Counted from the stretch's first letter, positions 18,301-28,300 are shown. The stretch: DNA of 36,000 nt from a virus (IMGVR_UViG_2534681759_000010:1-36000); one strand, 5' to 3'. The notes: generated by a model from the sequence alone, not told the origin. Program-made: numbers and translations.

Positions 18301-18914
18301 TCCGTGGTGAAGTTGATGGTGGTGCATATGTTGCATGGAGAGACCGCCCTGCTGGTTTGTTGGTTGACTGCCAGAAAAGTGTTGACAGTGCTCATGCTGT
18401 TTGGAAAGCGGTTGATTGGGGGCGTCAATATATCGCTGCTATGGACGTTCACTGTCCGGGTGATGGTAATAATACCGCAGCCGCTGTTCTTCATGTTCAG
18501 GCTGCCGATTATCAATTCCATGCAAGCGGAGAATTTCATGCCACTGGCAACGGAAACTTTAACGATGTGTATATTCGTTCTGACCGTCGCCTTAAAGACA
18601 ATATAGAAGATTATACCGGAAATGCGTTAAGTTTGATTGGTAAGCTGAAAGTGAAAACTTACGATAAAGTTAAATCTCTTAAGGACCGTGAAATTATAGG
18701 CCATGAGATTGGCATTATCGCACAGGATTTACAAGAAATATTACCAGAAGCTGTGAAATCTTCAAAAGTTGGCAATCTTGATAATCCAGACGATGTTCTG
18801 ACAATTTCTAACTCGGCAGTGAACGCGCTGTTAATTAAAGCGATTCAAGAAATGAGCGAAGAAAATAAAATCCTTCGTGAACGTCTTGCTGCAATTGAGG
18901 CTAAATTAGGGTAA
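15384..18914 (+). CDS. Tail fibre with N-terminal repeat region and C-terminal S74-type intramolecular chaperone domain
   Basis: About 19-aa repeats (KVDxIKxxTDATIAAN) in the first 250 residues; C-terminal NDVYIRSDRRLKDNIE...IIAQDLQEILPEAV resembles the self-cleaving chaperone domains of T5 pb1 and K1F endosialidase. Confidence 0.8.
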   Translation: MQSIQFKRTNVAGKKPTPEQLQVGEVAINLKDHVIFTKDRDHEVVQISVSPETHAALESKVDANKQELDSTIAVNDRNIHAKVDEIKQTTDATIAANHAEINNKVDVIKRETDATIEANKNKAASDLAGVKAELSDTINANKNAAAVATQELDTRINKKVDDIKSRTDATIASNYKAINDKVDLIKAETDRTIAANHAYAENQLTDTYNNLTGVIAANKQEAADNVAALTRDVEAKNSAIHSKVDNNKSYTDSELARLESRIDAADGSSDGKYIKKHVNTYTDGYLLSKTANYFDDPTARNLDYFGAFRMNDLAGHIAMILHVPHPSGVNHARGFEFTYGSNPVHTVRTYGYDELGNLSYSHRMYHEGDKPTPAEIGAYSKAEIDRLFQKTLNFGIEGGWFKLGTLTMPQQHGRSAKIRLVGGNGYNVGMNGQANIIELVIRCGNNSPKGVVFNAYYTIWHYEQHFCAIPTDGDNYDLYAYYGAHTGFVLAEYQVSSGGVSLNLLDTPEYLGGEKPVADEIFDALNISSFNNFSNRGTLNFAGNHQGQYDIEHMNEQPTNAKKMLRRFRSSAPATIWHESVDDQNYRLATGYTDVTQQLLLSAVTGLHIRRLTIDGGLGSGSNAGIDIRRGPNEASHFNFMDYRTGQDVRNGWFGFGDLTTKDFIWWNDNGQNSINLIENGELHITGGKGQKIVMNSEVALSENARLAVRGGNYGLILRNDGSNFHILTTDLKDSFGNWNNRRPFSYNFEDGGLYLGGTETARCLHLGIDGSTRLEDNLFFKSGSRQSMDYMELVHWGASNTGRNNVLSLRDSKGFLAEFERVGGTNGVKTRFFGETFTDGTLYLNQMNNSSERFSINNWGNSEVGRAAVMEIGDSKGYHFYTERRTDNSLMFDVAGAFTVHGSSGITIKNSDGARHIWFRDNSESEKAVIWATDEGILHIRNNHGGPFSHHFKGAMIQLEGRVPYAADQGLIRGEVDGGAYVAWRDRPAGLLVDCQKSVDSAHAVWKAVDWGRQYIAAMDVHCPGDGNNTAAAVLHVQAADYQFHASGEFHATGNGNFNDVYIRSDRRLKDNIEDYTGNALSLIGKLKVKTYDKVKSLKDREIIGHEIGIIAQDLQEILPEAVKSSKVGNLDNPDDVLTISNSAVNALLIKAIQEMSEENKILRERLAAIEAKLG

Positions 18915-18952
18915 TTGGAAAGCGGGGAGAAATCCCCGCTAAGGATTCTTAT

Positions 18953-19249
18953 ATGGGATATTGGGTAAGTAGTGAAATTAATACTAAAATCGATGCTTTA
19001 AAATGGCATGTATTTGATATTCCTAACGGTTATGGTACTGCTCGCGCTGGTGTTGCTGTTTTAAAATATAATGCTGGTGGTGGATGGGCTGATGGTGTGA
19101 TTAACGTAGATGGTTTGACCGTTGCTCGTCGTCGTGGTGGAACTAATTGGGGATCTACTATAAATTCGTTTGTTCCTGCTGGCTGCACCGTCACCTGTGG
19201 ACACGGCGGTGATGGTGGTATTGAATATTTTAAATTCATGGAGTTTTAA
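18953..19249 (+). CDS. Gly-rich small protein, paralog 1 of 3 (FDIPNGY motif)
   Basis: 98 aa; shares W...FDIPNGW/Y, Gly-rich centre and an aromatic-basic C-terminus with the next two ORFs. Confidence 0.6.
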   Translation: MGYWVSSEINTKIDALKWHVFDIPNGYGTARAGVAVLKYNAGGGWADGVINVDGLTVARRRGGTNWGSTINSFVPAGCTVTCGHGGDGGIEYFKFMEF

Positions 19250-19251
19250 TT

Positions 19252-19557
19252 ATGGCTGGATGGATAAATCAAAGAATGTCAAACGCTATTAGTATTTGGG
19301 CTAATGGTGGGTATTTTGATATCCCAAACGGTTGGGTCACTGATTCATGCGGAATTGTTTTTGCTCATATGGAAGCCGTTAACGGTGCTGGTGATCTTGA
19401 TTCTGAATTGGCTGTAAATGGATTGATTGAATCAGGTCATCATGCTGGTGATGCTGGGAGTTGGGGCGCTAGTTCTTTAGTTGGCGCTGGTGCTACCGTT
19501 AGCTTTACATTGGGTAAAGGTAGTTTGCATTATTTCAAATTCAGGAGAATGCACTAA
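19252..19557 (+). CDS. Gly-rich small protein, paralog 2 of 3 (FDIPNGW motif)
   Basis: 101 aa; start 2 nt after the upstream stop. Confidence 0.6.
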   Translation: MAGWINQRMSNAISIWANGGYFDIPNGWVTDSCGIVFAHMEAVNGAGDLDSELAVNGLIESGHHAGDAGSWGASSLVGAGATVSFTLGKGSLHYFKFRRMH

Positions 19558-19859
19558 TGGCATTTTGGGTAGATGGCGCTTTGGGGAATAGGGCGGGTAA
19601 AGCAAATCAAGGATGGTTTGATATTCCTAACGGTTGGACAGCCGACGCTTTCGGGACTATTTCATTCTGTGCTCATTCTTCCGGTGGTGGCGGCGGTGAC
19701 TCTGAATTGTTTATTCATGGTTTTTGTGTTTCTGGAAGCCATAAGGGTCATGATTGGGGACAGATTCATTCTTGTATTGCACCGCAAGGGGCGGTAATTA
19801 CCGTTAGCACAAATAGGGGGATCGCTCATCTTCGTTATAGACGTTTGAGCAACCGCTAA
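19557..19859 (+). CDS. Gly-rich small protein, paralog 3 of 3 (FDIPNGW motif)
   Basis: 100 aa; TAATG stop-start overlap with paralog 2. Confidence 0.6.
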   Translation: MAFWVDGALGNRAGKANQGWFDIPNGWTADAFGTISFCAHSSGGGGGDSELFIHGFCVSGSHKGHDWGQIHSCIAPQGAVITVSTNRGIAHLRYRRLSNR

Positions 19860-19913
19860 ATAAATAGAATTACGGGTATGTGCCCTATTGTTTAAAATAG
19901 AAGGAAAAGAATA

Positions 19914-20384
19914 ATGACTACTAAATTTGATATTTTTTCTGGTGGCCTCGTTGGTCTGTTTCTGCATGAAGAAGTAACTAACACCGATCTTGACAGTGAA
20001 AGCTATCTGGAAATTCCAGAATGTGCGGCTTTCCCGGAAACTGGTGTAGAACGTTCTACTATCGATGTTCCTAACTTCGGTGGTCCGTATAACCGTAAGC
20101 TGGTTGGTCGTATGTCTGTACCGGATATCGAACTTTCGATCAACTACATGCCGGGTAACGAAGTACACGAAAAACTGATTAAAGCAACCGAAGACGGTAA
20201 GCGCGTACAGCTTAAAATTGCTTACTACATCGACGCTACGAAAAAATCTGGTGTGCACATCGCTTATAACGGCTTCCTGTCTAAAACTACCATGACTGGT
20301 GGTGAGGATGCTGTAGTAGGCCGTACCTTCACCTTTGTAGTAGATGGTGCTCCGGTTAAACAAGCTGTTTTCCAGAAAGTCTAA
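19914..20384 (+). CDS. Major tail tube protein
   Basis: 156 aa immediately upstream of the chaperone pair and tape measure; followed by a strong terminator, as expected for an attenuated highly expressed gene. Confidence 0.6.
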   Translation: MTTKFDIFSGGLVGLFLHEEVTNTDLDSESYLEIPECAAFPETGVERSTIDVPNFGGPYNRKLVGRMSVPDIELSINYMPGNEVHEKLIKATEDGKRVQLKIAYYIDATKKSGVHIAYNGFLSKTTMTGGEDAVVGRTFTFVVDGAPVKQAVFQKV

Positions 20385-20392
20385 TATTCTCT

Positions 20393-20419
20393 AGCCATCC
20401 TTCGGGGTGGCTTTTTTGT
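20393..20419 (+). terminator. Rho-independent terminator after the tail tube gene
   Basis: AGCCATCC-TTCG-GGGTGGCT hairpin followed by TTTTTTG. Confidence 0.65.
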
Positions 20420-20466
20420 TTCCAATTCTAAATAAACATATCTAATTAACTTAAGAGGAAACAAGA

Positions 20467-20775
20467 ATGAATATTAATGAAATGTTAGCCGCACTCTCTC
20501 CGAAACGCGAATCTGTAACCATCGGTGGATTCACTTTCTATGCTCGCCCTATGTCAGTAAAAGAATTTAATGAACATGTTTTCAATACCGATAAAGAAGA
20601 CCGTGATGAACGTTCTATTCTTCGTTGTATTGAAGATGAAGACGGTAAGCCAGTATTTGAATCTATGGAACAAGTTAAGGCACTGTATACTAACGTCCGC
20701 AGTGAATTAATCGGTTTAGTTGCTCAAGCGTCATTGATGCAAGATCCGGCAGTAATTGAAAACGAGGTAAAGTAA
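20467..20775 (+). CDS. Tail assembly chaperone, lambda G-like
   Basis: 102-aa acidic protein immediately upstream of the tape measure. Confidence 0.55.
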   Translation: MNINEMLAALSPKRESVTIGGFTFYARPMSVKEFNEHVFNTDKEDRDERSILRCIEDEDGKPVFESMEQVKALYTNVRSELIGLVAQASLMQDPAVIENEVK

Positions 20776-20804
20776 ACCCGCTTCTGAATTTCTACTTTCG
20801 GCAA

Positions 20805-21146
20805 ATGATGCGATCGGGGCTTAGTAAAGATGAAATGGATAATATGCCAATCACTCTGTTTTGGAAATTATACATTTTCGACACCTACTTAGAACCACAA
20901 AGCCCCGCGTTTCATGATATGCAGAATGCGATGTTGCAATATTCCATGTATATGACGTCGCAAGGAATGACACTCGAAACTGCACGTAAACTCAAGCCTA
21001 GCCAATTCCAATTAATTAGAGAAGAAAAACTCTTTAAAACTAAAGAAGAACTGGAAGAAATTGCACGCAAGAAAGAAGAAGAACGTAAAGCGGCAATGCT
21101 GAACATGTTTGATCCATCTTTGCTTGAGAAACTCAGAAGCGGTTAA
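20805..21146 (+). CDS. Tail assembly chaperone extension, lambda T-like; probably made as a G-T frameshift fusion
   Basis: The frame is -1 relative to G and open from about 20760, overlapping the end of G by about 13 nt; no RBS before the first ATG at 20805. Confidence 0.45.
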   Translation: MMRSGLSKDEMDNMPITLFWKLYIFDTYLEPQSPAFHDMQNAMLQYSMYMTSQGMTLETARKLKPSQFQLIREEKLFKTKEELEEIARKKEEERKAAMLNMFDPSLLEKLRSG

Positions 21147-21157
21147 AGGGGTAATTT

Positions 21158-23587
21158 ATGACAAGACATATAGTAACAATAGAAGGGGATAATAAAGGTC
21201 TAAGGAGAAGTACCAATGAAGCCGCCGACCTTCTCGATAGTTTGTCTGAAAAGGCAAGTAATATTGATTTTGGTGGTGGCTTGTCTGGTCTGACTGGATC
21301 TCTTCGTGGTATTGCTGGCTCTGCTGGTTTGGCTGCTGGTGGTATTGGCTTAGTTGCGACCGCAGTGGTTGCAGCCGCTAAAGCTGGTGCGGAATACGTT
21401 AAACAGTATTCAGAAGTATCTAAGGCGACCGGACTCTCGATTGAATCCCTTCAAAGACTAGAAAAGGAATTTTCTGGCACTGGCCTAACAGTTGAAAAAT
21501 TTGGTGATATCAACAAAGACACCTTAGATAAAATGGGTGATGCATGGGCTAACGGTGGCGGTATTGCCGATGACTTAGAATCGGTTGGCCTTAAGTTAGA
21601 AAACTATGCTCACTTCATGACCGATCCGCAAGGTGGTATGAAAGCGGCGATCCAAGTGTTCTATGACATGAAGAAAGCCGGAAAATCAATGGCTGAAATC
21701 AAGTTCATGATGGAATCTTTAGCCAGTGATTCAAGCCATATGACCAGCCAGCTTGAGAAATATAATAGTGCTCAAGAGGCGATGATCGCTATTCAGAATC
21801 AATCTGTTAACGTCACCGAAGAAAACGCTAAAAAATATGATAAATTTTCTCAGAATATTAATAAGCTGGAAAATAACCTGAAAGGTGTCGGTATGACCAT
21901 TACTGGTCCGCTGGTTGATAGCTTAAACTGGTTATTTGAATGGTTTAATATTGATTGGGAAAAGAGTTCTCTATTCAGGGCATTAGACCGTCTGAATAAA
22001 GAAGGTAAGACCGCAACTGGTGGTATTCTTAACACCAACCATAAAGACGCTCAAAAGATTATTGACAAGTACAATAAAGAAAAGCGTTGGAATAATCTGG
22101 CAGATTGGGAAAAGGCCGCGATCCGTGGTGCTGGTGTCGATCCTCGTACTGCTGGCTTTGATGTTGAAGGATTTAAGAAACGTTTTGGTGATTCTTATAA
22201 GAAAAATGGCTCTCTGATTGTTGTCGATAACGGGGAACATCTAACCCGCAAGGCAGATCCTAACCATGATTTGACTATCCCGACTACACCAACTCGACCA
22301 GCTTCATTGGGTAAGTCTGGCAACGAGAAGAAAGCCGAGGAAGAAGCCAAAAAGAAAGCGGAAGAGGCAGCTAAAAAGGCTAAGGAAGCCGCAGAAAAAG
22401 CACAGAAAGCACGCGAGGATGCAATCAAGCGACTGAATGCACTTGATGTTAAATTGCAAGGGCAAGTTGCAGCGTCTATCACTTCTCAAAATAGCCAGTT
22501 GCAAAACAGCTTAAAAGATGTGAACGACGCGTTAGCTCTGGGCTTAATCTCTCAGGAAGACGCAGCCGCGAAACGCCAGGCGCTAATCGATCAGAATACT
22601 GAAAACGTTTATAAAATGATGTTGGGTGCTGATCCGATTGATGCTCTGAATGCTTTAACACAATTGCAACAAATCAGGGACAACGAGCTAGAAAGCCATA
22701 AACGGTTACTTGATGGTAAAGCTATCTCCTACGAAGAATATATGCGTCGTGTGAACGATACCGAGCAAAACTATTCTCAGATTGAAAATTCTTTACAGGG
22801 AATGGATGGTTATAAAACCAATCAATTAACTAGTGGTTATGATTATCAAGACTCAAATAATCCGTTTGCTAAATTTAATGCAATCGATAAAGAGAAATCG
22901 GAAGCGGAACAAGATCATAAGACCGATAAACTCAAGATTGATGGGATCACCGATCCGGCTAAACGGATGGAAGCATTAGAAAAACTCAATGAAAACCATC
23001 AAAAACGAATGGCTGCAATTGAGAAGAAATATGCTGATGCTCGTCAGTCAATAGCTGATGATATGTATGGCGGTTTTGCTGCTGCAATGACTCTCTTCGG
23101 GCAGGAAAACACTAAAGCAATGCAGATGGCTTTCACTGCTCATAAAGCATTCTCCATTGGACAAGCGACGGTGAACATGTGGACGGCTGCTACCGATGCA
23201 TGGAACGATCCGACCAACGTAACCACAGGTCAAAAAATCGCTGCTGCTGCATTGGCTGTTTCTCAGAACATGGGGAACATCGCAAACATCAAGTCTACTA
23301 ACGTTAGCGGTATGGTTCACGATGGTATTGATAACATCCCTCGTGAGGGTACATGGTTGCTTGATAAGGGTGAACGAGTAGTTGATCAGCGTACTAACGG
23401 CGATTTGAAAGACTTCCTTGCTGCTCAAAAATCAGGCGGTGGCAACTCTCAGCCGATTGAAGTTAATGCGCCTTTGAACATTAACGGCAACGTTAATAGC
23501 TCAGACAAGATGGTCATGGATGCTATCAAACGTCACGCTAAGTTAGTTGCTCAGGCGGTAGAAGACGCACAGCGTCGTAAGATGTAA
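21158..23587 (+). CDS. Tail tape measure protein
   Basis: 809 aa; Gly/Ala-rich hydrophobic N-terminal segment; long coiled-coil and K/E/A-rich regions; position after G/T. Confidence 0.8.
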   Translation: MTRHIVTIEGDNKGLRRSTNEAADLLDSLSEKASNIDFGGGLSGLTGSLRGIAGSAGLAAGGIGLVATAVVAAAKAGAEYVKQYSEVSKATGLSIESLQRLEKEFSGTGLTVEKFGDINKDTLDKMGDAWANGGGIADDLESVGLKLENYAHFMTDPQGGMKAAIQVFYDMKKAGKSMAEIKFMMESLASDSSHMTSQLEKYNSAQEAMIAIQNQSVNVTEENAKKYDKFSQNINKLENNLKGVGMTITGPLVDSLNWLFEWFNIDWEKSSLFRALDRLNKEGKTATGGILNTNHKDAQKIIDKYNKEKRWNNLADWEKAAIRGAGVDPRTAGFDVEGFKKRFGDSYKKNGSLIVVDNGEHLTRKADPNHDLTIPTTPTRPASLGKSGNEKKAEEEAKKKAEEAAKKAKEAAEKAQKAREDAIKRLNALDVKLQGQVAASITSQNSQLQNSLKDVNDALALGLISQEDAAAKRQALIDQNTENVYKMMLGADPIDALNALTQLQQIRDNELESHKRLLDGKAISYEEYMRRVNDTEQNYSQIENSLQGMDGYKTNQLTSGYDYQDSNNPFAKFNAIDKEKSEAEQDHKTDKLKIDGITDPAKRMEALEKLNENHQKRMAAIEKKYADARQSIADDMYGGFAAAMTLFGQENTKAMQMAFTAHKAFSIGQATVNMWTAATDAWNDPTNVTTGQKIAAAALAVSQNMGNIANIKSTNVSGMVHDGIDNIPREGTWLLDKGERVVDQRTNGDLKDFLAAQKSGGGNSQPIEVNAPLNINGNVNSSDKMVMDAIKRHAKLVAQAVEDAQRRKM

Positions 23588-23637
23588 TTAAAAGCCCTCA
23601 TAGTGATAAATAATCATAAAACTATGGGGGCTTTTCT

Positions 23638-24198
23638 ATGTTCAAATCCAAGAATATTAAAATCACAGATTTTACTCTTAAATCAAAACAGCCTTTCTTC
23701 AAGGCGCAATCTATTTCTGGTAAGTTCCAGCGTCGCTTTACTGGCATCCATTTTTACGAAGCAGAATTTACCGCGAATTACATGGCTCAGGATATTAACG
23801 AAGTAAAAGAATTTGTAGCACGTCACCTTTTTGGTCGTCCTTTCAGTGTGCCGCTGTCTTACTTTTCAAAATATACAGGTGATGTACGCCAGATGGTTAC
23901 GGCTGCTGCTGGTACTGCTCGCGGTGGGCGTAAGGTAAGACTCTCCAACTTCACCGGAACACTGAAAGCGGGAACTATCATCCAGTTTGAGAACCACAAG
24001 AAAATCTACACGATCACCGAAGACGTGAAATCAGGTGGTGAAATGAAACTCTTCCCTAACTTGCGTCAGAACGTCCTGGCGGGTGAGGTGATCAAGTATC
24101 AGAACGTAGAAGGTGAATTTGTTCTCAAAACTGAAAACATCGATTGGAAGATCGCCCAGATTGGCAAGATGAAATTCGAATTAGTGGAGAATGTATAA
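23638..24198 (+). CDS. Minor tail protein, lambda M-like
   Basis: Position after the tape measure; loose pattern similarity to gpM. Confidence 0.45.
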   Translation: MFKSKNIKITDFTLKSKQPFFKAQSISGKFQRRFTGIHFYEAEFTANYMAQDINEVKEFVARHLFGRPFSVPLSYFSKYTGDVRQMVTAAAGTARGGRKVRLSNFTGTLKAGTIIQFENHKKIYTITEDVKSGGEMKLFPNLRQNVLAGEVIKYQNVEGEFVLKTENIDWKIAQIGKMKFELVENV

Positions 24199-24851
24199 TG
24201 GCAACTATTCAGGAATCATTCAGCAAACTATGCACTAATCTGGACTTCATCGAGGTCTACAACGACCAGACAGGTCAGAACGTGTCTAGATTGACGCTAC
24301 CGCAGCTTTTCTCCACTGGATCGATGTTTCACATTATCGAAGTGATAACAGCGTCAGGGGACGTTCTACGGCTTACTGATGGGTATTTCGATTTGGACTA
24401 TAACGGATTTACGTATCTCGCAACGGGTGATTTTCTTCAAATCTCATCGAATACCGAAGAGAAGGAGATCAACAACAACGGGATTAACGTAACCGTTTCT
24501 AACGTTCGCGAAGAATACATTACTCTCATTCGAAACAAGCAATTCGATAAATCCGATGTGAAAATCGAAATGGTTTTCCTTAACCCCAACACGGGCAAGG
24601 TTGAGACAACTTACCCTGTTTTCCGTGGGGTAGTCGATTCCATCGGTATTAACATCGAACATGAAGATGATGAGTGTAAAAACGAATCAGAATTTCAGCT
24701 TAATAGTATCTGGGAAGTTCTAGATAAAAACGCTCGTAGTCATGCCTCCGATGGTATCCACCGATCCTATGCCGGAAACGAGAACGATCTATTCTTCTCC
24801 CGTGCCGGGAAGTGGAATAGCGAAAGCCGCTGGCATTCATCGAAGAAATAA
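24198..24851 (+). CDS. Minor tail protein at the lambda L position
   Basis: Internal ATG (track start 24144 + 54); gene order. Confidence 0.45.
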   Translation: MATIQESFSKLCTNLDFIEVYNDQTGQNVSRLTLPQLFSTGSMFHIIEVITASGDVLRLTDGYFDLDYNGFTYLATGDFLQISSNTEEKEINNNGINVTVSNVREEYITLIRNKQFDKSDVKIEMVFLNPNTGKVETTYPVFRGVVDSIGINIEHEDDECKNESEFQLNSIWEVLDKNARSHASDGIHRSYAGNENDLFFSRAGKWNSESRWHSSKK

Positions 24852-24897
24852 TCCCTTCTCCCTAAGCCTAGTAAATAACAGCATGGAGGTATTCAAC

Positions 24898-25317
24898 ATG
24901 CTAAAAACTAGGCTTATCACCGATTACATCAATTCTTTAATAGGTCAGGAGTTCGTTCAAGGCGAGAATGATTGCAATATAATTGCATGTAAGATCATCG
25001 ATATTCTCGCTGGTACTGACCTATATAATTCTCTTTATAAAAAATATTCAACTAAAGAAGAAGGCTTGAAAATCTGCAAAGAATTAAGCGGATACACAAA
25101 CATCCTTCAACCAATTAAGAAACATTTCAAATTAGTCACTGATGATTTACAGGACGGCGACTTACTGGTCACAGCCCACAAATTAGGGAACCGCAAATAT
25201 TATTCCGTAGTTCCTCATTATTCCGGTTATGGCCTCGTTGAAGAAGATGGTATCTGGATGACCATTCCTGTTTCAGACATTGACTATGAACAAGTTTATA
25301 GATTCGGGGGTGAATAA
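24898..25317 (+). CDS. Tail-tip assembly protein with NlpC/P60-like Cys motif (GENDCN), lambda K-like
   Basis: GGAGG RBS; internal ATG (track start 24742 + 156); gene order. Confidence 0.45.
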   Translation: MLKTRLITDYINSLIGQEFVQGENDCNIIACKIIDILAGTDLYNSLYKKYSTKEEGLKICKELSGYTNILQPIKKHFKLVTDDLQDGDLLVTAHKLGNRKYYSVVPHYSGYGLVEEDGIWMTIPVSDIDYEQVYRFGGE

Positions 25318-28300
25318 TGGGATTTGAAGTATTGGTAGGCGCGGTTATTGCTGGTGCGTCTGCTGGGATGGCGGCAGCCGCAACATTTTCTGTTATGACC
25401 GCAGTCGCTATCGGTATGGCTGCTGGTGCAATGACCTTGATCGCTTCCACTGTAGGCGCACCAAAAACACCTAAAGTACAAAGCCCAGATAATGCGGTGA
25501 CACTAGGAACATCAAACGATCCTAAGACAGTGTTACCCGTTCTTTTCGGTACTACCCGCACGGGTGCAATCTGCGTTTATAAAGCAATTTCACAGCGTGA
25601 AAACAACAAACTGGTACAAATTTTTGCTATTTCCGAAGGTGAGATCGATCACTTTAAAGCACTGCACATCGATAATAAAAACGTTCTCATTAGCCAGAAT
25701 ATGACAATTCGTGATGGTATTCTCGATAAAGGAAACATTAAAGACGAATACCGCAAAGTGTTAGAAGTCGAGTTTCGCACTGGTAAAAATCCTAACACTG
25801 CATTGGATCTGGCTAAACATCATTTGGGCGCAGATTGGGATGATCGGTATCAGGGTAACGGCATTGCGACTATGTGTATTGTTTTACGTCGTGATGACAA
25901 ATCTCTTGCTGCTGGTGTTGATATTCTCCAGCCTAATAGCCAGGTAGCGGTCGATGTTATGGGCTTAAAAATCCGTAACCTCGAAACCAATGCTATTGAG
26001 GCTAGCACTAACGGAGTGGATCAGATTTTCCACTACCTAACAAATGAAAAATATGGCTTATCCGTACCAATTGAAAACATTAACGTTGATTCATTCCTGA
26101 AAGTACGTAAACAAGTACGCCAGATGGATTTGCATTCAAACGGTGCATGTGATCCGAACGCCAGCTTTAAAGAGAACTTGACCAGTCTTATGCAGACTTT
26201 CGGCGGGGTGATGTTCGAATCCTTTGGACGTATTACGCTGAAACTGGATGCTCCTGATATTGTTAAGCACACCTTCAATGAAGACAATATTATGATGGGG
26301 AAAGTATCACTGAAAACAGGTGGCACTAACGGTTATTTCAATACCATTAATGCGATGTATCAAGAACCATCAATCGACTATTCAGAGCAAATGCTACGTT
26401 ATCCGGCTGATGCTGAAAACGATGCTACTGTTCGCGCAGATGGTCGAATTATTGCTAAGGATGTAGAATATCGTTTCGTTAAGTCTAAAGCCCAGATTGA
26501 TAAACTCGCGAGCATTGAGCGAAATAAATCTCGTATCACTCAGGTTATCAGCTTTATGACTACTGACGCATTCACTGCCGAAGTTTGGGACGTTATCAGC
26601 GTAACCTATGATGAATTAAAACTGAATAATTCACTTTGGCGCATTACTGCAATTGATCGTTCTATTGATTCTGGTATTGCTGGGATGATGACTATCACCG
26701 CTACAGAATATAATTCTCAGGTTTATACTGACCTGAACTATGCGGCGACTCCAGACAATAGACCTACTGGTTTACCGGATTCAATGACAGTACAGAAACC
26801 GACTAATTTCAGAATTAAGGCAACTGGTGAGACAATCCACGGTAAAAACGTAACTTTGACATGGGATGCACCGGAAGATTTCAACCGCTACGGTTTCCAG
26901 ATTGATTATCGTGTGAGTGGATCACCTAACTGGATTAAGCTGGGACAGACTTCACAGCAAATTTTCAATATCAATGCACTGGCAAAAGATCGCTCCTACG
27001 ATTACCGCGTTTGTGCTTTCGGTATTATTGCTCGTTCCGAATGGGTGGAACTGGTTAACCAGAATCCAGAAGTTACCTATGAATTGCCTACGCCAGTGAT
27101 CCGCATCAAAAATCAGGGTAGCACACCAGGAACTTTTGAAGGCAATGATCTGATTATCGAATGGGAAAATCAGCAAGCCTTAGATGTGGTTATCAACGGT
27201 GAAACTAACAAGTTTAGTGACCTGTTTGAAGCCTACATTATCAAGGTAACTAACAAGGCTGGTAAGTCTATTCAGTACCGTACCCGCGATCCTGAATCAT
27301 GGACTTATACGCTTGATATGAACCAGTTTAACGGCCTTTCCCGTGAATTGACGGTAGAAGTATCAGTCAAGGGCTATAACAACTCAGAGAGCGCCCCAGC
27401 GCGTTTAGTGGCTATTAACCCACAGCATAAGCCAATGAAAGGTTTTAGTGCGCGTGGTGGCTTTAATACTGCGTTTGTTAGCTGGGCGGATGACGTAGAA
27501 CATGACTATGCAGGGTCAATCATCCAGTATGCAACCGATAACACTTTCTCAGATGCAAGGGCAGTGACTACCAATAGCGTCAGTCATACTTCCTTTGATT
27601 TGGCTGACGGTGATTATTATATCCGTGGTGCTCACTATGATATTTTCGGTATGGATGATGCTGTTTGGTCTGAACCGTATTTCATGCAAATGAAATCTAC
27701 CATTAGCTGGGACGATCAGGACAAAGAAGCACTGGAAGACCTGATTGGTTTACAAGACCGCTTAGATGAAACTATCGCGGATGCTATTGCTCAAGCTGGC
27801 GCTAATGCCGATGCTAAAATTGATGCAATGCATAAGCAAATCACTACCGAAACAGGGCAGACGGTCCAAGCCTCAGCCGATACTCTCAAGAGTCTGATTG
27901 CTACCAGCGAGCAAGCTAGCTCCACTAAGATTGATCAGGTTAAAGCTGAACTGAAAGGCGATATCACCAAAGAAGTTAGTGCATCTGCTACTACCCTGAA
28001 ACAAGCAATTGCTACCAGTGAGGCAGCAAGCGCAAGTAAGATTGATCAAGTTAGGGTAGAAATGGATGGCAAGATTGCTGGTGTGAATCAGGAAGCAGAT
28101 GTAAAAATCGATGCTTTGAAGGGAACCATTAACAGCAAATATAATCTGGCGGTTAATGCAGATGGTCGCGTGGCTGGTATTCATATGAGCGCAACCAACG
28201 ATCCGGCGCAACCGACAAGAATCATCTTTACGGCTGATAAAATCGCGGTAGCTCCACAAGACGGATCGGAAGTATGTCCGTTTGGCATCGAAGATAACAA

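Noticed and set aside
15552-18606. ORFs 15552..15974 (-), 16155..16418 (-), 16641..16838 (-), 17178..17399 (-), 18198..18539 (-), 18061..18255 (+) and 18271..18606 (+) within the tail fibre gene
   Set aside because: Embedded in or antisense to the 1176-aa fibre ORF; Cys/Ile/Phe-rich translations typical of non-coding frames.
19030-20363. ORFs 19030..19239 (-), 19573..19797 (+) and 19662..20363 (-, 233 aa)
   Set aside because: Overlap the three paralogs and the tail tube gene on alternative frames or the opposite strand; the coding frames are supported by RBSs, coupling and paralogy.
21850-23428. Alternative-frame and antisense ORFs inside the tape measure gene (21850..22038, 21983..22240, 22020..22217, 22195..22482, 22304..22504, 22479..22661, 23048..23428)
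   Set aside because: Embedded in the continuous 809-aa tape measure ORF; low-complexity translations.
23603-23806. Plus-strand ORF 23603..23806
   Set aside because: Alternative-frame overlap with the start of the 23638..24198 minor tail gene; no RBS of its own.
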